Notes: generated by a model from the sequence alone, not told the origin. 17,259 nt of DNA from Pseudomonadota bacterium (GCA_031416315.1 JANOTL010000030.1:1-17259), one strand, 5' to 3'; counted from the stretch's first letter, positions 7,903-16,124 are shown. Made by a program: numbers and translations.

Positions 7903-9939
7903 ATGCGCATTCACAAGGCTTTAGCCGTCTGCGTTTTGCTAGCCGTCGTCGCATGCCGAACCGACAGTGACGGCAAAGACGCGCCGGGCGCGAAGTTGAC
8001 GCCAAAAGTGGGGGCGCAGGACGGCGCCGTCGCGGGCACCGGCGCGAGCGCGACCACCGGGAACCCTACCGCCGCAGAGACGCCGAACCCGGCGATGCAA
8101 GATCCGGCCGCGCCAGTCTCGCCCGCCGCGAAAGCCTGCCTCGCCGCCGTGCTCCCGACCGTTTCGGACGGCGCCTTCGCCATCTGCCTCGGCGAGCTGA
8201 TCCGCATCAAGAGCGTGAACCCGCCGGGCGACGAGACCGCCGCCGCGCAGTTCTTCGCCGACGTCTTCACGGCGCTCGGGATTCCAGCCCGCGTCTTCGA
8301 CGTACCGAACCTCGATCCACGCAACCTCGCCACGACGAGAAGAAGCAATGTCCTCGCCTCCCTGACTCCGACGGGCGCCGGGCCGGGCGGTCCATCGGTC
8401 GTGCTCTTGAACCACCTCGACACCGTCGACTTTCACGCCGAGCAATGGACGAAGGCACAGCCTTTGAGCGGTGCCGTCGTTGACGGCATGCTGTACGGCC
8501 GCGGCGCACTCGACATGAAGAACCTCGGTGTTCTGCAGATGCTCGCAATGGCGCAGATCAAGCTCGACGGCTTGCCGTTCACCAAGGCCATCCACTTCCT
8601 CGGCGTCGCCGACGAGGAATCGGCCGGATCCGGGGCTCTCGGCGCGTTGGCCGAGATCCGCGCGGGCGGCTCGCTCGCGCCCCTGCTCGGGGCCGAGGTC
8701 GTCCTCAACGAAGGCGGCTTCGGCCTGAAAGATGCGATCGGCGACGGCTCCCAGCTGCACGTCGTCGCGACCGAGGAGCGCGGCGGCGCTTGGATGCGCC
8801 TGAAATCGGCCGCGCTCGCCGACCTGACGGTCGCCATCGGCTGGCTCGGCATCCTGCCCGACCGCGGCACCGCGCTCGGCGATCAGCGAGCGAAGCTGCG
8901 CAAATGGCGCGAAAGTTGGGGCTGCGAGCTGAAAAATTTTGCGACGCCGAACGCCAGCTACAACGTCGTCCCCTCGCTCGTCGCCATGACCTTGTCTTGC
9001 AGAAATCAGCCTTCGGACGCGGACTGGGAATGGATCTTCGACTACGACCCGGCCTTCGTGATGAAGGAACAAGCGGCAACGTGGAAGGTTGCGTACGACG
9101 GCGCGCTGGTCCAGGTCACCGTCTCGAGCGACTCCACGGCGCATAGCTCCGCCTCCGCGCAGCCTTCCGCGCTCGACGTCGCCGTCTGGGGGCTCCGCCG
9201 TCTCGGCGCGCTCGGCGCCGCGAAAGCTCACCCGCGCCCGGCATTCATGGATTACGTGCTGACTCCGGCGACGAAGCTTTTTCTCGACGCCGTCGGCCGC
9301 AACCACAAATTCGGCGGCGCGATCGTTCCGCATCCGGAGGAGCTGAGCGCTTGGGTCGAGTTCTTCCCCGCGCGCCTCGAGCAAAGGCTCCTCAAGACCA
9401 TCGGCGGCAAAGCCGGCATCGAAAAGGCGCTGCGTACGAGCTGCTCGTGGACCGCGCTAAGCTACGAGGCGGGCGCGGCAGAGGCCGTCCTGGACTGCCG
9501 GCTGATCAACCTGCGGCCGCTTCGGCCGGGCGCTCCGACGCACTTCGACGAGTTCGCCGAGACCGTGCGGGCGCATGCCGCGAAAAACGGCGTCAAGGGC
9601 GTGAGCTACGCCGTCGAGGTCGGCTGGAACTTCACGCAGAGCCCATCCGAGGCGCCGAGCTTCCAACGCATCAAGGCCGTCCTTGAAAAAGTCTGGCCCG
9701 GCTCCGAGGCCACCGCGTTCATGAATCCGGGCGGCACCGACAGCACTTATTTCCGCGACCCGTCCGCCGTGACGACCACCGGCTTGAAGGGAGTGCCGGC
9801 CTACGGCGTGACGCCGGCCATGGTGATTCCCGACGTGTTACGCACGTTTCACGGGAGCGACGAGCGCTTTCCGATGGATCAGGCCGCGCTCGCGACGACG
9901 GCGTATCGGGACATCGTGACGGCGCTCGCGAATCCGTAA
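7903..9939 (+). CDS. M20-family metallo-peptidase/amidohydrolase lipoprotein with an expanded lid domain
   Basis: Lipobox LLAVVA-C and an Ala/Pro/Thr-rich linker. M20 metal and catalytic motifs SVNPPGDE, LNHLDTV, YGRGALDMK, ADEE, VLNEGG, GGTDS and FHGSDER. Confidence 0.88.
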   Translation: MRIHKALAVCVLLAVVACRTDSDGKDAPGAKLTPKVGAQDGAVAGTGASATTGNPTAAETPNPAMQDPAAPVSPAAKACLAAVLPTVSDGAFAICLGELIRIKSVNPPGDETAAAQFFADVFTALGIPARVFDVPNLDPRNLATTRRSNVLASLTPTGAGPGGPSVVLLNHLDTVDFHAEQWTKAQPLSGAVVDGMLYGRGALDMKNLGVLQMLAMAQIKLDGLPFTKAIHFLGVADEESAGSGALGALAEIRAGGSLAPLLGAEVVLNEGGFGLKDAIGDGSQLHVVATEERGGAWMRLKSAALADLTVAIGWLGILPDRGTALGDQRAKLRKWRESWGCELKNFATPNASYNVVPSLVAMTLSCRNQPSDADWEWIFDYDPAFVMKEQAATWKVAYDGALVQVTVSSDSTAHSSASAQPSALDVAVWGLRRLGALGAAKAHPRPAFMDYVLTPATKLFLDAVGRNHKFGGAIVPHPEELSAWVEFFPARLEQRLLKTIGGKAGIEKALRTSCSWTALSYEAGAAEAVLDCRLINLRPLRPGAPTHFDEFAETVRAHAAKNGVKGVSYAVEVGWNFTQSPSEAPSFQRIKAVLEKVWPGSEATAFMNPGGTDSTYFRDPSAVTTTGLKGVPAYGVTPAMVIPDVLRTFHGSDERFPMDQAALATTAYRDIVTALANP

Positions 9940-9940
9940 C

Positions 9941-9968
9941 GCCGCCCGCGCCTTCAGGCCCGGGCGGC
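9941..9968. terminator. GC-rich hairpin between convergent genes (possible bidirectional terminator or RNA-stabilising stem)
   Basis: GCCGCCCG-C-GCCT-TC-AGGC-C-CGGGCGGC fills almost the whole gap between two convergent stop codons. No U-tract on either side. Confidence 0.55.
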
Positions 9969-9969
9969 A

Positions 9970-10497
9970 CTAGGATCCTTTCTTCGCCAATTCCGCTTCG
10001 ATCGCGTCACGCACGGTCTTCTCCGCCGGATCCTCATCCGAAGGGAACCGAGCCGCGACCTTGCCGTCGCGCGTGATCAAGAACTTCTCGAAGTTCCAGG
10101 CGACCTCGCCCGTTCGGCCCTCTGGCGCCGCGTTGACCAAGTACTTGTAGACCGGCTGCTTCGCTTCGCCCTTGACCGAGGCCTTCTTGAAGAGCGGGAA
10201 CTTCGCGCGGTATTTCAACTCGCAGAACTCCTGGATCTCCTTGTCGGAGCCGGGCTCCTGGCGAAAATCGTCGCTCGGGAAGCCGAGCACGACGAAGCCT
10301 TTCGCTTTATAAGCGTCGAAGACCTTCTGCAGCGACGTGAGCTGCGGTGTGAATCCGCACTTCGACGCGGTATTCACGACGAGGGCGACCTGCCCCTTGT
10401 ACTTCGCGACGTCGCTCAGCTCGTAGAGCGAGGCGGGTCCCTCGGCTGCCGGCGCCGAGCCGGTGAAAAGTGAAACAACGACGGCGAGGAACAGCAT
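9970..10497 (-). CDS. Glutathione peroxidase family protein (Cys-type, probably thioredoxin-dependent), with signal peptide
   Basis: VNTASKCGFTPQ, GFPSDDFRQEPG, EIQEFC (candidate resolving Cys) and WNFEKFL. AGGAGG SD; hydrophobic N-terminus ending ...SAPA-A. Confidence 0.93.
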   Translation of the reverse strand: MLFLAVVVSLFTGSAPAAEGPASLYELSDVAKYKGQVALVVNTASKCGFTPQLTSLQKVFDAYKAKGFVVLGFPSDDFRQEPGSDKEIQEFCELKYRAKFPLFKKASVKGEAKQPVYKYLVNAAPEGRTGEVAWNFEKFLITRDGKVAARFPSDEDPAEKTVRDAIEAELAKKGS

Positions 10498-10531
10498 ATG
10501 AGGCGCCTCCTAGTGCAGTAGCGGCAGATTA

Positions 10532-11572
10532 TCACGATTCGGTCGCCTTCGGGCGCGCTAGGATCAGGGTCAAATCCCCGTACTCATGCCACAGAAAGCC
10601 CTTCGCCGCGGCCTCGCGGTAGGCCTCCGCCAGCTTCGCTGGCTCGACTAGACTCGCCAGCAGCTCGAGGTGGCTTGCGCCCTCGTCGTGCATCCCGGTG
10701 ACGAGGCCGCTAACGATGCAGCGCTCATGGGCTGCGGTGATGCGCAGAGCGGTCACGTCCTCGGCTCCCGCCGCGGGCAGCGTCCCATCGCCGAGAGCGG
10801 CGCTCTCCAATGCGCGCATCGCCCCGGTCCCGACCGCGATGACGCGCCGTCCGGCTTTGCGGGCCGCGTTTATCGCGCGCGCCGTCGCCGGCGGAATCCG
10901 ATACCGCTCCGGGAAGGGAAGCCGCGCGTCGATCGCGGCGTCGCCTGAAGACGAGATTCCCGTCGCGTGCGTCAACCGCACGACCTCCACGCCACGTCGC
11001 TGCAGCGAGAACACGAGATTCCAAGTAAAATGCATCGCCGACGACGGCGGCTCGACCGCCACCGGCCGCGAGGCGAAGATCGTCTGGTGATCCCAGAGCG
11101 CGAGCTCCCGGCGGTGGTAGGCGTACTGTACCGGCTTTCCCGCGCAATAAATGCCCGTCACCGGCAAGCGCATGCGCAGAAGGCGCGGCGTGTGCTCGTC
11201 GACATCTTCAACAAGGGCCGCGAAGCAATCGGCGAATTGAAGCGAATCGCCGACCGCGACCGCGGGCGGCGAGGACCGCTCCTCCGTTTTCGTGCGCCAA
11301 TCGCCGGCGCCGAACAGCAGGGCTTGCCAGACTCCGGTGGCCGCATCCTGCGCGGCGACCAAGCGAAGTTCGATCGCTCCGCCCGACTCGACGTGCGTGC
11401 CCATCAAAGACGCCGGCAGAGTCGCCGCATCGTTCACCACCAAAACGTCGCCCCGCGCAAGCTGCCGGGGCAGCTCCGCCAGGGAGGAAAACTCCGCCGT
11501 GTCTCCAAGCACCAGAAGCCGCGCCTGCGGGCGCCTTTCCGGCATGACGGCCGGCGCGAAGACCGCTCTCAT
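10532..11572 (-). CDS. QueA-like protein (SAM:tRNA ribosyltransferase-isomerase family), divergent paralog
   Basis: ARLLVL, LARGDVLVVNDAATLPASL, HQTIFA..AVEPPSSAMHF, RVIAVGTGAMRALES, LVTGMH and WHEYGDLTLI. Start at ATG 11572 (GGAGG SD, ATGA overlap with the SDR stop). Confidence 0.85.
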   Translation of the reverse strand: MRAVFAPAVMPERRPQARLLVLGDTAEFSSLAELPRQLARGDVLVVNDAATLPASLMGTHVESGGAIELRLVAAQDAATGVWQALLFGAGDWRTKTEERSSPPAVAVGDSLQFADCFAALVEDVDEHTPRLLRMRLPVTGIYCAGKPVQYAYHRRELALWDHQTIFASRPVAVEPPSSAMHFTWNLVFSLQRRGVEVVRLTHATGISSSGDAAIDARLPFPERYRIPPATARAINAARKAGRRVIAVGTGAMRALESAALGDGTLPAAGAEDVTALRITAAHERCIVSGLVTGMHDEGASHLELLASLVEPAKLAEAYREAAAKGFLWHEYGDLTLILARPKATES

Positions 11573-12294
11573 TTCAGGACCTCCCGCCAAGCGCTCGCCG
11601 AGAAGCGCACGCCTTCCGCGTCACGGGCCCGCGCCAAGAATGCGAGCATCTCCTCCGCGACCCGCGCCGGATCGCGCAGTTTCTCCGGGTCCGCGTCCGG
11701 AATCGCCGCAAAGTGCATCGCGGTCCGCATGTCGCCTGGATCGAGCGCCAAAAAGCGCACTCCGTGGCTTTCGAGCTCCGCCGCGAAGATCCGCGCCAGA
11801 TGATCGAGCGCGGCCTTGCCGACCGAATACGCGCCCCAATGCGGGTAGGCGGAGACCGCCGCGTCCGAGCTCAAGGTCACCACCGTTCCGCCGCGGTCGA
11901 GCAAGAGGCTCGGCAGCAAAGCCTTCGTCAATCGAAAGGGCCCGACCACATTGACCGCGAGCGAGCGCTCCAGATCCTCGCAATCGGTATCCGCCAGAAG
12001 GCGCAGGGGCGTCGCCCCGAGGTACCCGGCGTTGTGAATGATGAGGTCGACCCCGCCCAACGCATGCACGACCTCGCCGGCGATCGCGTAGGCCGCCTCC
12101 TTTTGGGCCACGTCGGCCACGATCGCGTGGGCTCCGGTCTCCCGGGCCAGCACAGCCAGCTTCTCTCCGTCCCGGGACAGAGCGACCACGCGCGCCCCGG
12201 ATTGCGTCAACTTTCGGACGAGCGCCTCGCCGAGCCCGCGGCTCGCGCCCGTGACCAGCACTCTTTGTCTTTCGTATCTCATCGGAGCATTCAT
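11569..12294 (-). CDS. Short-chain dehydrogenase/reductase (classical SDR, YciK-like)
   Basis: TGASRGLG, HNAG, LSS, catalytic WGAYSVGK (YxxxK) and LDPGDMRTAM. Start at 12294 chosen for its upstream AGGAGG SD. Confidence 0.92.
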   Translation of the reverse strand: MNAPMRYERQRVLVTGASRGLGEALVRKLTQSGARVVALSRDGEKLAVLARETGAHAIVADVAQKEAAYAIAGEVVHALGGVDLIIHNAGYLGATPLRLLADTDCEDLERSLAVNVVGPFRLTKALLPSLLLDRGGTVVTLSSDAAVSAYPHWGAYSVGKAALDHLARIFAAELESHGVRFLALDPGDMRTAMHFAAIPDADPEKLRDPARVAEEMLAFLARARDAEGVRFSASAWREVLK

Positions 12295-12330
12295 CCGTTC
12301 GTTCCTCCTCATCGCCAATATCGGGCTTCG

Positions 12331-12367
12331 TGGACAAAAAGGGGTGAGGTGGCTAATCTATTGGCCA
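12331..12367 (+). promoter_or_regulatory. Candidate promoter and palindromic operator in the divergent SDR/XRE spacer
   Basis: TGGACA (12331-12336), 17 nt, TAATCT (12354-12359). Imperfect 18-bp palindrome TGGCTAATC/TATTGGCCA (12350-12367) abuts the ATG at 12368. Confidence 0.5.
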
Positions 12368-12946
12368 ATGGCTAATCGAATAGAATCCTTGAGTAAAAAC
12401 CTGGCTCACAATCTTCAGGCCGCGCGGCGGATGCGAGGCATGACTCAGGCCGAGCTGGCGAAGAGCGCCGGGATGCCGCGCTCGACCGTGACCAACCTCG
12501 AGAGCGGCGCCGGTAATCCGGCGCTCGCGACCTTGGTGGCGCTCGCGGACGCCCTGTCTTTTTCGATCGAAGAGCTGCTCGCGCGGCCACGGGCCTTCTG
12601 CCAGCTCGTGCGCAAAGGCGAGCTCGCCGAAAGAGCTTACGACGGCGGCCGCGTGCGTGTGACGAAGCTCCTGCCCGAGCCGCTCCAGGGCCTCGAGATC
12701 GACCGCATGGATCTCGGCGCCGGCGGCTGGAAACAAGGCGTGCCGCACATGTCGGGAAGTCGCGAGTATCTGGCGTGCGCCCAGGGGACGGTGCACGTCT
12801 ACGTCGCGGGCGAGGAGTATGTCGTGGCTGCCGGCGACGTGCTGGCCTTTCCGGGGGACCAGGCGCATTCCTATCGCAACACCGAAGAGGGTGGCACGGT
12901 CTGCTTCAGCGTCGTGACCATCGCGCCGCGACCGAAGAGGCGTTGA
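12368..12946 (+). CDS. XRE-family HTH transcriptional regulator with C-terminal cupin sensor domain (SutR/PuuR-like)
   Basis: NLQAARRMRGMTQAELAKSAGMPRSTVTNLESGAGNPALATL (HTH_3-type). Cupin region PH...REY...G...GD...FPGDQAHSYRN. Confidence 0.93.
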   Translation: MANRIESLSKNLAHNLQAARRMRGMTQAELAKSAGMPRSTVTNLESGAGNPALATLVALADALSFSIEELLARPRAFCQLVRKGELAERAYDGGRVRVTKLLPEPLQGLEIDRMDLGAGGWKQGVPHMSGSREYLACAQGTVHVYVAGEEYVVAAGDVLAFPGDQAHSYRNTEEGGTVCFSVVTIAPRPKRR

Positions 12947-14685
12947 TGCGCGCCTTCGTCGCGGCTCTCGCTCTCCTTGCGACCTCTGCCTGCACCGAAA
13001 AGCGGGAATCCGAGCTGGTGCCGCAAGGCCCTGCCGAGATCGCGGCTGCGCTCGACGCTCTATGCAAGCCGGCGCTCGCCAAGCCCCGCGTCGAGAAAAT
13101 CGGCGAGAGGGTCAGCGTCGCCATCGGGTACGACATCGCGAACGTGATCATGATCGACACGCCGGAAGGCGCGGTCATCATCGACACGACGATGAGCCCG
13201 GCGCGCGCGAAACTGGCGCGCGACGCCTTGCTCGGACCGGAAGGCGGAAAAAAGGTGCGCGCCATCATCTACACGCACAGCCACCTCGACCACGTCGGTG
13301 GCGCCGTCGTGTTCAAGGATCCCGGTGCCGAAATCTGGGCCTCGGCGCCGTTCGAGCGCACCTTCCTGAAGCAGTACGGAAAGTTCCAGCCGATCGAGGC
13401 GATCCGCGGCATGCGTCAGTACGGGCACCGTGTCGACCCCAAGATGCTCCCGTGCACGGGCCTGGGCCTGATTCCCGACGTGCTGCTCGCCTCGCAATCC
13501 GGCGCGCGCCTGCCGACGAAGACATTTCTCGGGAAGGTCGAGCTCGACTTCGGCGGCGTCAAGCTCGTGCTCGAGGAAGCGCACGGCGAGACGCCCGACA
13601 CCTTGCTCGCGTGGCTGCCGGAGGAGCGCATCCTCTTCCCCGGTGACAACATCTACAAAGCCTTCCCAAATCTCTACACGATCCGTGGCACGGCGGCGCG
13701 TCCGGTCGACGAATGGATCGAGAGCCTGGACCGCATGCGCGAGCTGAAGCCGAACTTCCTGGTGCCCTCGCACACCGACCCCGTCGTCGGCGACGGCAAG
13801 ATCCAAGAAGTGCTGATGAGCTATCGCGACGGCATCCAGTTCGTGCGCGACGCCGTCGTGCGCGGAGCCAACGCCGGGCTCTCGGCGGATCAGCTCGCCG
13901 AGACCGTGCGGCTGCCGAAGTTCTTAAGCGATCATCCGTGGCTGCAGCAATCCTACGGGCGCGTCGACTGGTCCGTGCGCGGCATCTACTCCGACCACCT
14001 CGGCTGGTTCGGCGGCGAGGCCGAGCGTCTCGCGCCGATGCCGCGCGCGGAGATCGCCCGGCGCGAGATCCAGCTCATGGGCGGCGCCCCTCACCTCCTG
14101 GAGGTGGCGCAAAGAGCTCTAGATGCGAAAGACGCGCCCTGGGCGCTTTCCCTGCTGACGCGACTGCAGCTCGTCGAGCTCGAGCCGAAATCGCTGCAAG
14201 AACGCGTCGCGCCCATGAAGGCGCAGGCTTTGCGCTTGGCTGCGGTCGCGACCTACAACACGAACGCTCGAGGCTATCTGGCGGAGGCGGCGAACGAGCT
14301 GGATCAGGGCGCTCTCGTCGTCCCGAGAGCCAAACCCGACGAGACGATGACGCGCGAGCTTTCCCTCTCGATCTTCTTTCAGGGCATGATCGTGCGCCTC
14401 GATCCCAGCACGCCGCCGGGCCTGACGGAGTCGATCCGCTGGCATTTCAGCGACCTCGACGAATTCTGGACAGTGACGATCCGCAACGGCATCGCCGAGG
14501 CCCGGCGTGGCGCCGCGCTGCCCGGGACACCGGAGCCGATCGCCGTCGTGACGGTCGACTCCATGACCTGGAAGAACCTGGCGCTCCGACGGACGCACGC
14601 CGCGACGGCCCTGGCCACCGGCGCCCTCTCGATCGAGGGAAGCACCGTCGGCTTCGGGTCGTTTATGCAGCGGTTCGTGCTCTAG
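12946..14685 (+). CDS. Alkyl/aryl-sulfatase, SdsA1/BDS1 family (metallo-beta-lactamase fold, dimerisation domain, SCP2-like C-terminus), predicted lipoprotein
   Basis: THSHLDHVGG, HGETPD, GDN, PNLYTIRG, PSH, YGRVDWSVRGIY..LGWF, LMGG and NARGYL. Start MRAFVAALALLATSA-C overlaps the XRE stop (TGATG). Confidence 0.88.
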   Translation: MRAFVAALALLATSACTEKRESELVPQGPAEIAAALDALCKPALAKPRVEKIGERVSVAIGYDIANVIMIDTPEGAVIIDTTMSPARAKLARDALLGPEGGKKVRAIIYTHSHLDHVGGAVVFKDPGAEIWASAPFERTFLKQYGKFQPIEAIRGMRQYGHRVDPKMLPCTGLGLIPDVLLASQSGARLPTKTFLGKVELDFGGVKLVLEEAHGETPDTLLAWLPEERILFPGDNIYKAFPNLYTIRGTAARPVDEWIESLDRMRELKPNFLVPSHTDPVVGDGKIQEVLMSYRDGIQFVRDAVVRGANAGLSADQLAETVRLPKFLSDHPWLQQSYGRVDWSVRGIYSDHLGWFGGEAERLAPMPRAEIARREIQLMGGAPHLLEVAQRALDAKDAPWALSLLTRLQLVELEPKSLQERVAPMKAQALRLAAVATYNTNARGYLAEAANELDQGALVVPRAKPDETMTRELSLSIFFQGMIVRLDPSTPPGLTESIRWHFSDLDEFWTVTIRNGIAEARRGAALPGTPEPIAVVTVDSMTWKNLALRRTHAATALATGALSIEGSTVGFGSFMQRFVL

Positions 14686-14689
14686 CCGC

Positions 14690-14980
14690 TCACTTCACGA
14701 GCGATTTGACCGCCGCTTTCGAGTTGCGGAGCTCGCTACGGAACTTGTTGCGGAGCTTGACCATCTGGCTCAGCGACTGCGACTGCTTGCCCTGCAGGAA
14801 AAATCCGGCCGGAGCCTGCATCTTGCCGTCGATGGCGGTTTCGCTGAAGTCGATGTTCGTCGAGTCGGAGGCGACCCACGAGCCGGAGGCGTTGGTCTTC
14901 TTCTTGCCCTCGCCTTCGCCTTCAGCAAAAGCGGGGGCACTGACGAGCGCGAGCGCAAGCGCGAGGACGTGGGCTCTCAT
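14690..14980 (-). CDS. cglF: Small exported protein, GltF/CglF-like gliding motility protein
   Basis: Signal peptide ending PAFA-E. TNIDFSETAIDGKMQAPAG...MVKLRNKFRSEL resembles the CglF pattern as I recall it (IDF..D..IEG....P.G...LI..R..F..EL). Lies directly after two TPR genes, with an ATGA overlap. Confidence 0.7.
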   Translation of the reverse strand: MRAHVLALALALVSAPAFAEGEGEGKKKTNASGSWVASDSTNIDFSETAIDGKMQAPAGFFLQGKQSQSLSQMVKLRNKFRSELRNSKAAVKSLVK

Positions 14981-16098
14981 TTCGCGAGCTCCTTCTCCAA
15001 AGCTTCGATCTCGTCCCCGCCGCCGCCGGCGTCGGTGGACTCGTCGATCTGGAGGGCGTCGGCGTCGGCGGTCGACTTCGTCTCGGCCGCTTTCGACGCG
15101 GGAGCCGTCTGGTCCTTGGCGGCGACCTGCTTGCCGGTCTCGTCGCCGCCTTCGCGCTCTTTCGCGACCTGCGCCATCTGCTGGATCTCTTCGTCGGAGA
15201 CGCCTTCGCCCTTGGCGGCGGAGGATTTCTGGATGTCGTCGATCAGGGCGAAGACCTGGTCGTTGTCGGCCGCTTTGCCTCTATTGGCCTTCAGATACAT
15301 CTTCAAGTTGTCGAGGGCTTCTTCGTTCTTGCCGCCGTCCTTCTGCAGCACCGCGAGGTTATACAGCGCGAGCGGGTTCTTCTCGTCTTTGTCGAGGACT
15401 TCCTCGAGCATTTTCTGGGCGTCGACGCCTTGGCCGCGCGCCGCTTTCACGATCGCGAGGTGGACCTTCGCGTCCGCGTGGTCCGGCATGATCTTCAGAA
15501 CGCGCTCGAACTCGACCGCGGACTGCGCCATTTGCCGGTACTTGAGAAGGAGGACGCCGAGGTTCATACGCGCCGCGAGGTCGTTGCCGTTGAGCTTGAT
15601 CGCTTGCTTGAAGTAGGCCATCGCGCTGGCGTTGTCGCCGCGCTCCAGCGCGATCAGCGCGAGCATGTTGTGGACGCTCGAGTCCTTCGACTTGTCGCCG
15701 CCGACGCCGTTCAGGAAAATGGCCGCGAGATCGTGGTTGCCGCGACGCATGGCGATCTCGGCCAGAATCTTGCGGGCGTCCTTGTTCTTCAGGTCCTGCC
15801 GCAGCGCGGTGTGGCAGTTCTTCTCGGCCTGGTCGAGCTTGCCGCCGGCGACCTGGATCTCGGCCAAGGCGACCAGGCTGGAGACGTCCTTACGGTCCTT
15901 GCGCAGCTTCTTGCGCAGCTCGCCTTCGGTCTCTTTGACCTCGGCGACTTTGCCCGCGGCCGGAAGCGCCGTACGCTTGTCGGTCGTCGAATGGATGGAG
16001 ACTTCGTTGCGGCCGCGGTCGACCGACGCGACGCCGGTGCCGTCGGTGGCGCAGCCGGAGGCGGCGAGGGCCAGAAGGCCTAGGACTACGTATTTCAT
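14977..16098 (-). CDS. aglT: TPR-repeat lipoprotein, GltE/AglT-like gliding motility protein
   Basis: Start MKYVVLGLLALAASG-C (GGAGGA SD before ATG 16098). Consecutive TPR-like repeats (VHNMLALIAL, ARMNLGVLLL, AKVHLAIV, ALYNLAVL) and an acidic disordered tail. Synteny supports GltE. Confidence 0.7.
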   Translation of the reverse strand: MKYVVLGLLALAASGCATDGTGVASVDRGRNEVSIHSTTDKRTALPAAGKVAEVKETEGELRKKLRKDRKDVSSLVALAEIQVAGGKLDQAEKNCHTALRQDLKNKDARKILAEIAMRRGNHDLAAIFLNGVGGDKSKDSSVHNMLALIALERGDNASAMAYFKQAIKLNGNDLAARMNLGVLLLKYRQMAQSAVEFERVLKIMPDHADAKVHLAIVKAARGQGVDAQKMLEEVLDKDEKNPLALYNLAVLQKDGGKNEEALDNLKMYLKANRGKAADNDQVFALIDDIQKSSAAKGEGVSDEEIQQMAQVAKEREGGDETGKQVAAKDQTAPASKAAETKSTADADALQIDESTDAGGGGDEIEALEKELAK

Positions 16099-16124
16099 GG
16101 TTCCTCCAGGGAGACTCAGGCTTT

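Noticed and set aside
9970..10497. Selenocysteine GPx or stop-codon recoding
   Set aside because: The active-site codon is Cys (TGC), and there is no in-frame TGA.
12251..12367. Upstream extension of the XRE ORF (likewise 12775..12945 for the sulfatase and 16099..16128 for GltE)
   Set aside because: The XRE and sulfatase extensions overlap neighbouring genes. The downstream starts give proper domain boundaries, signal peptides, SD sites or coupling.
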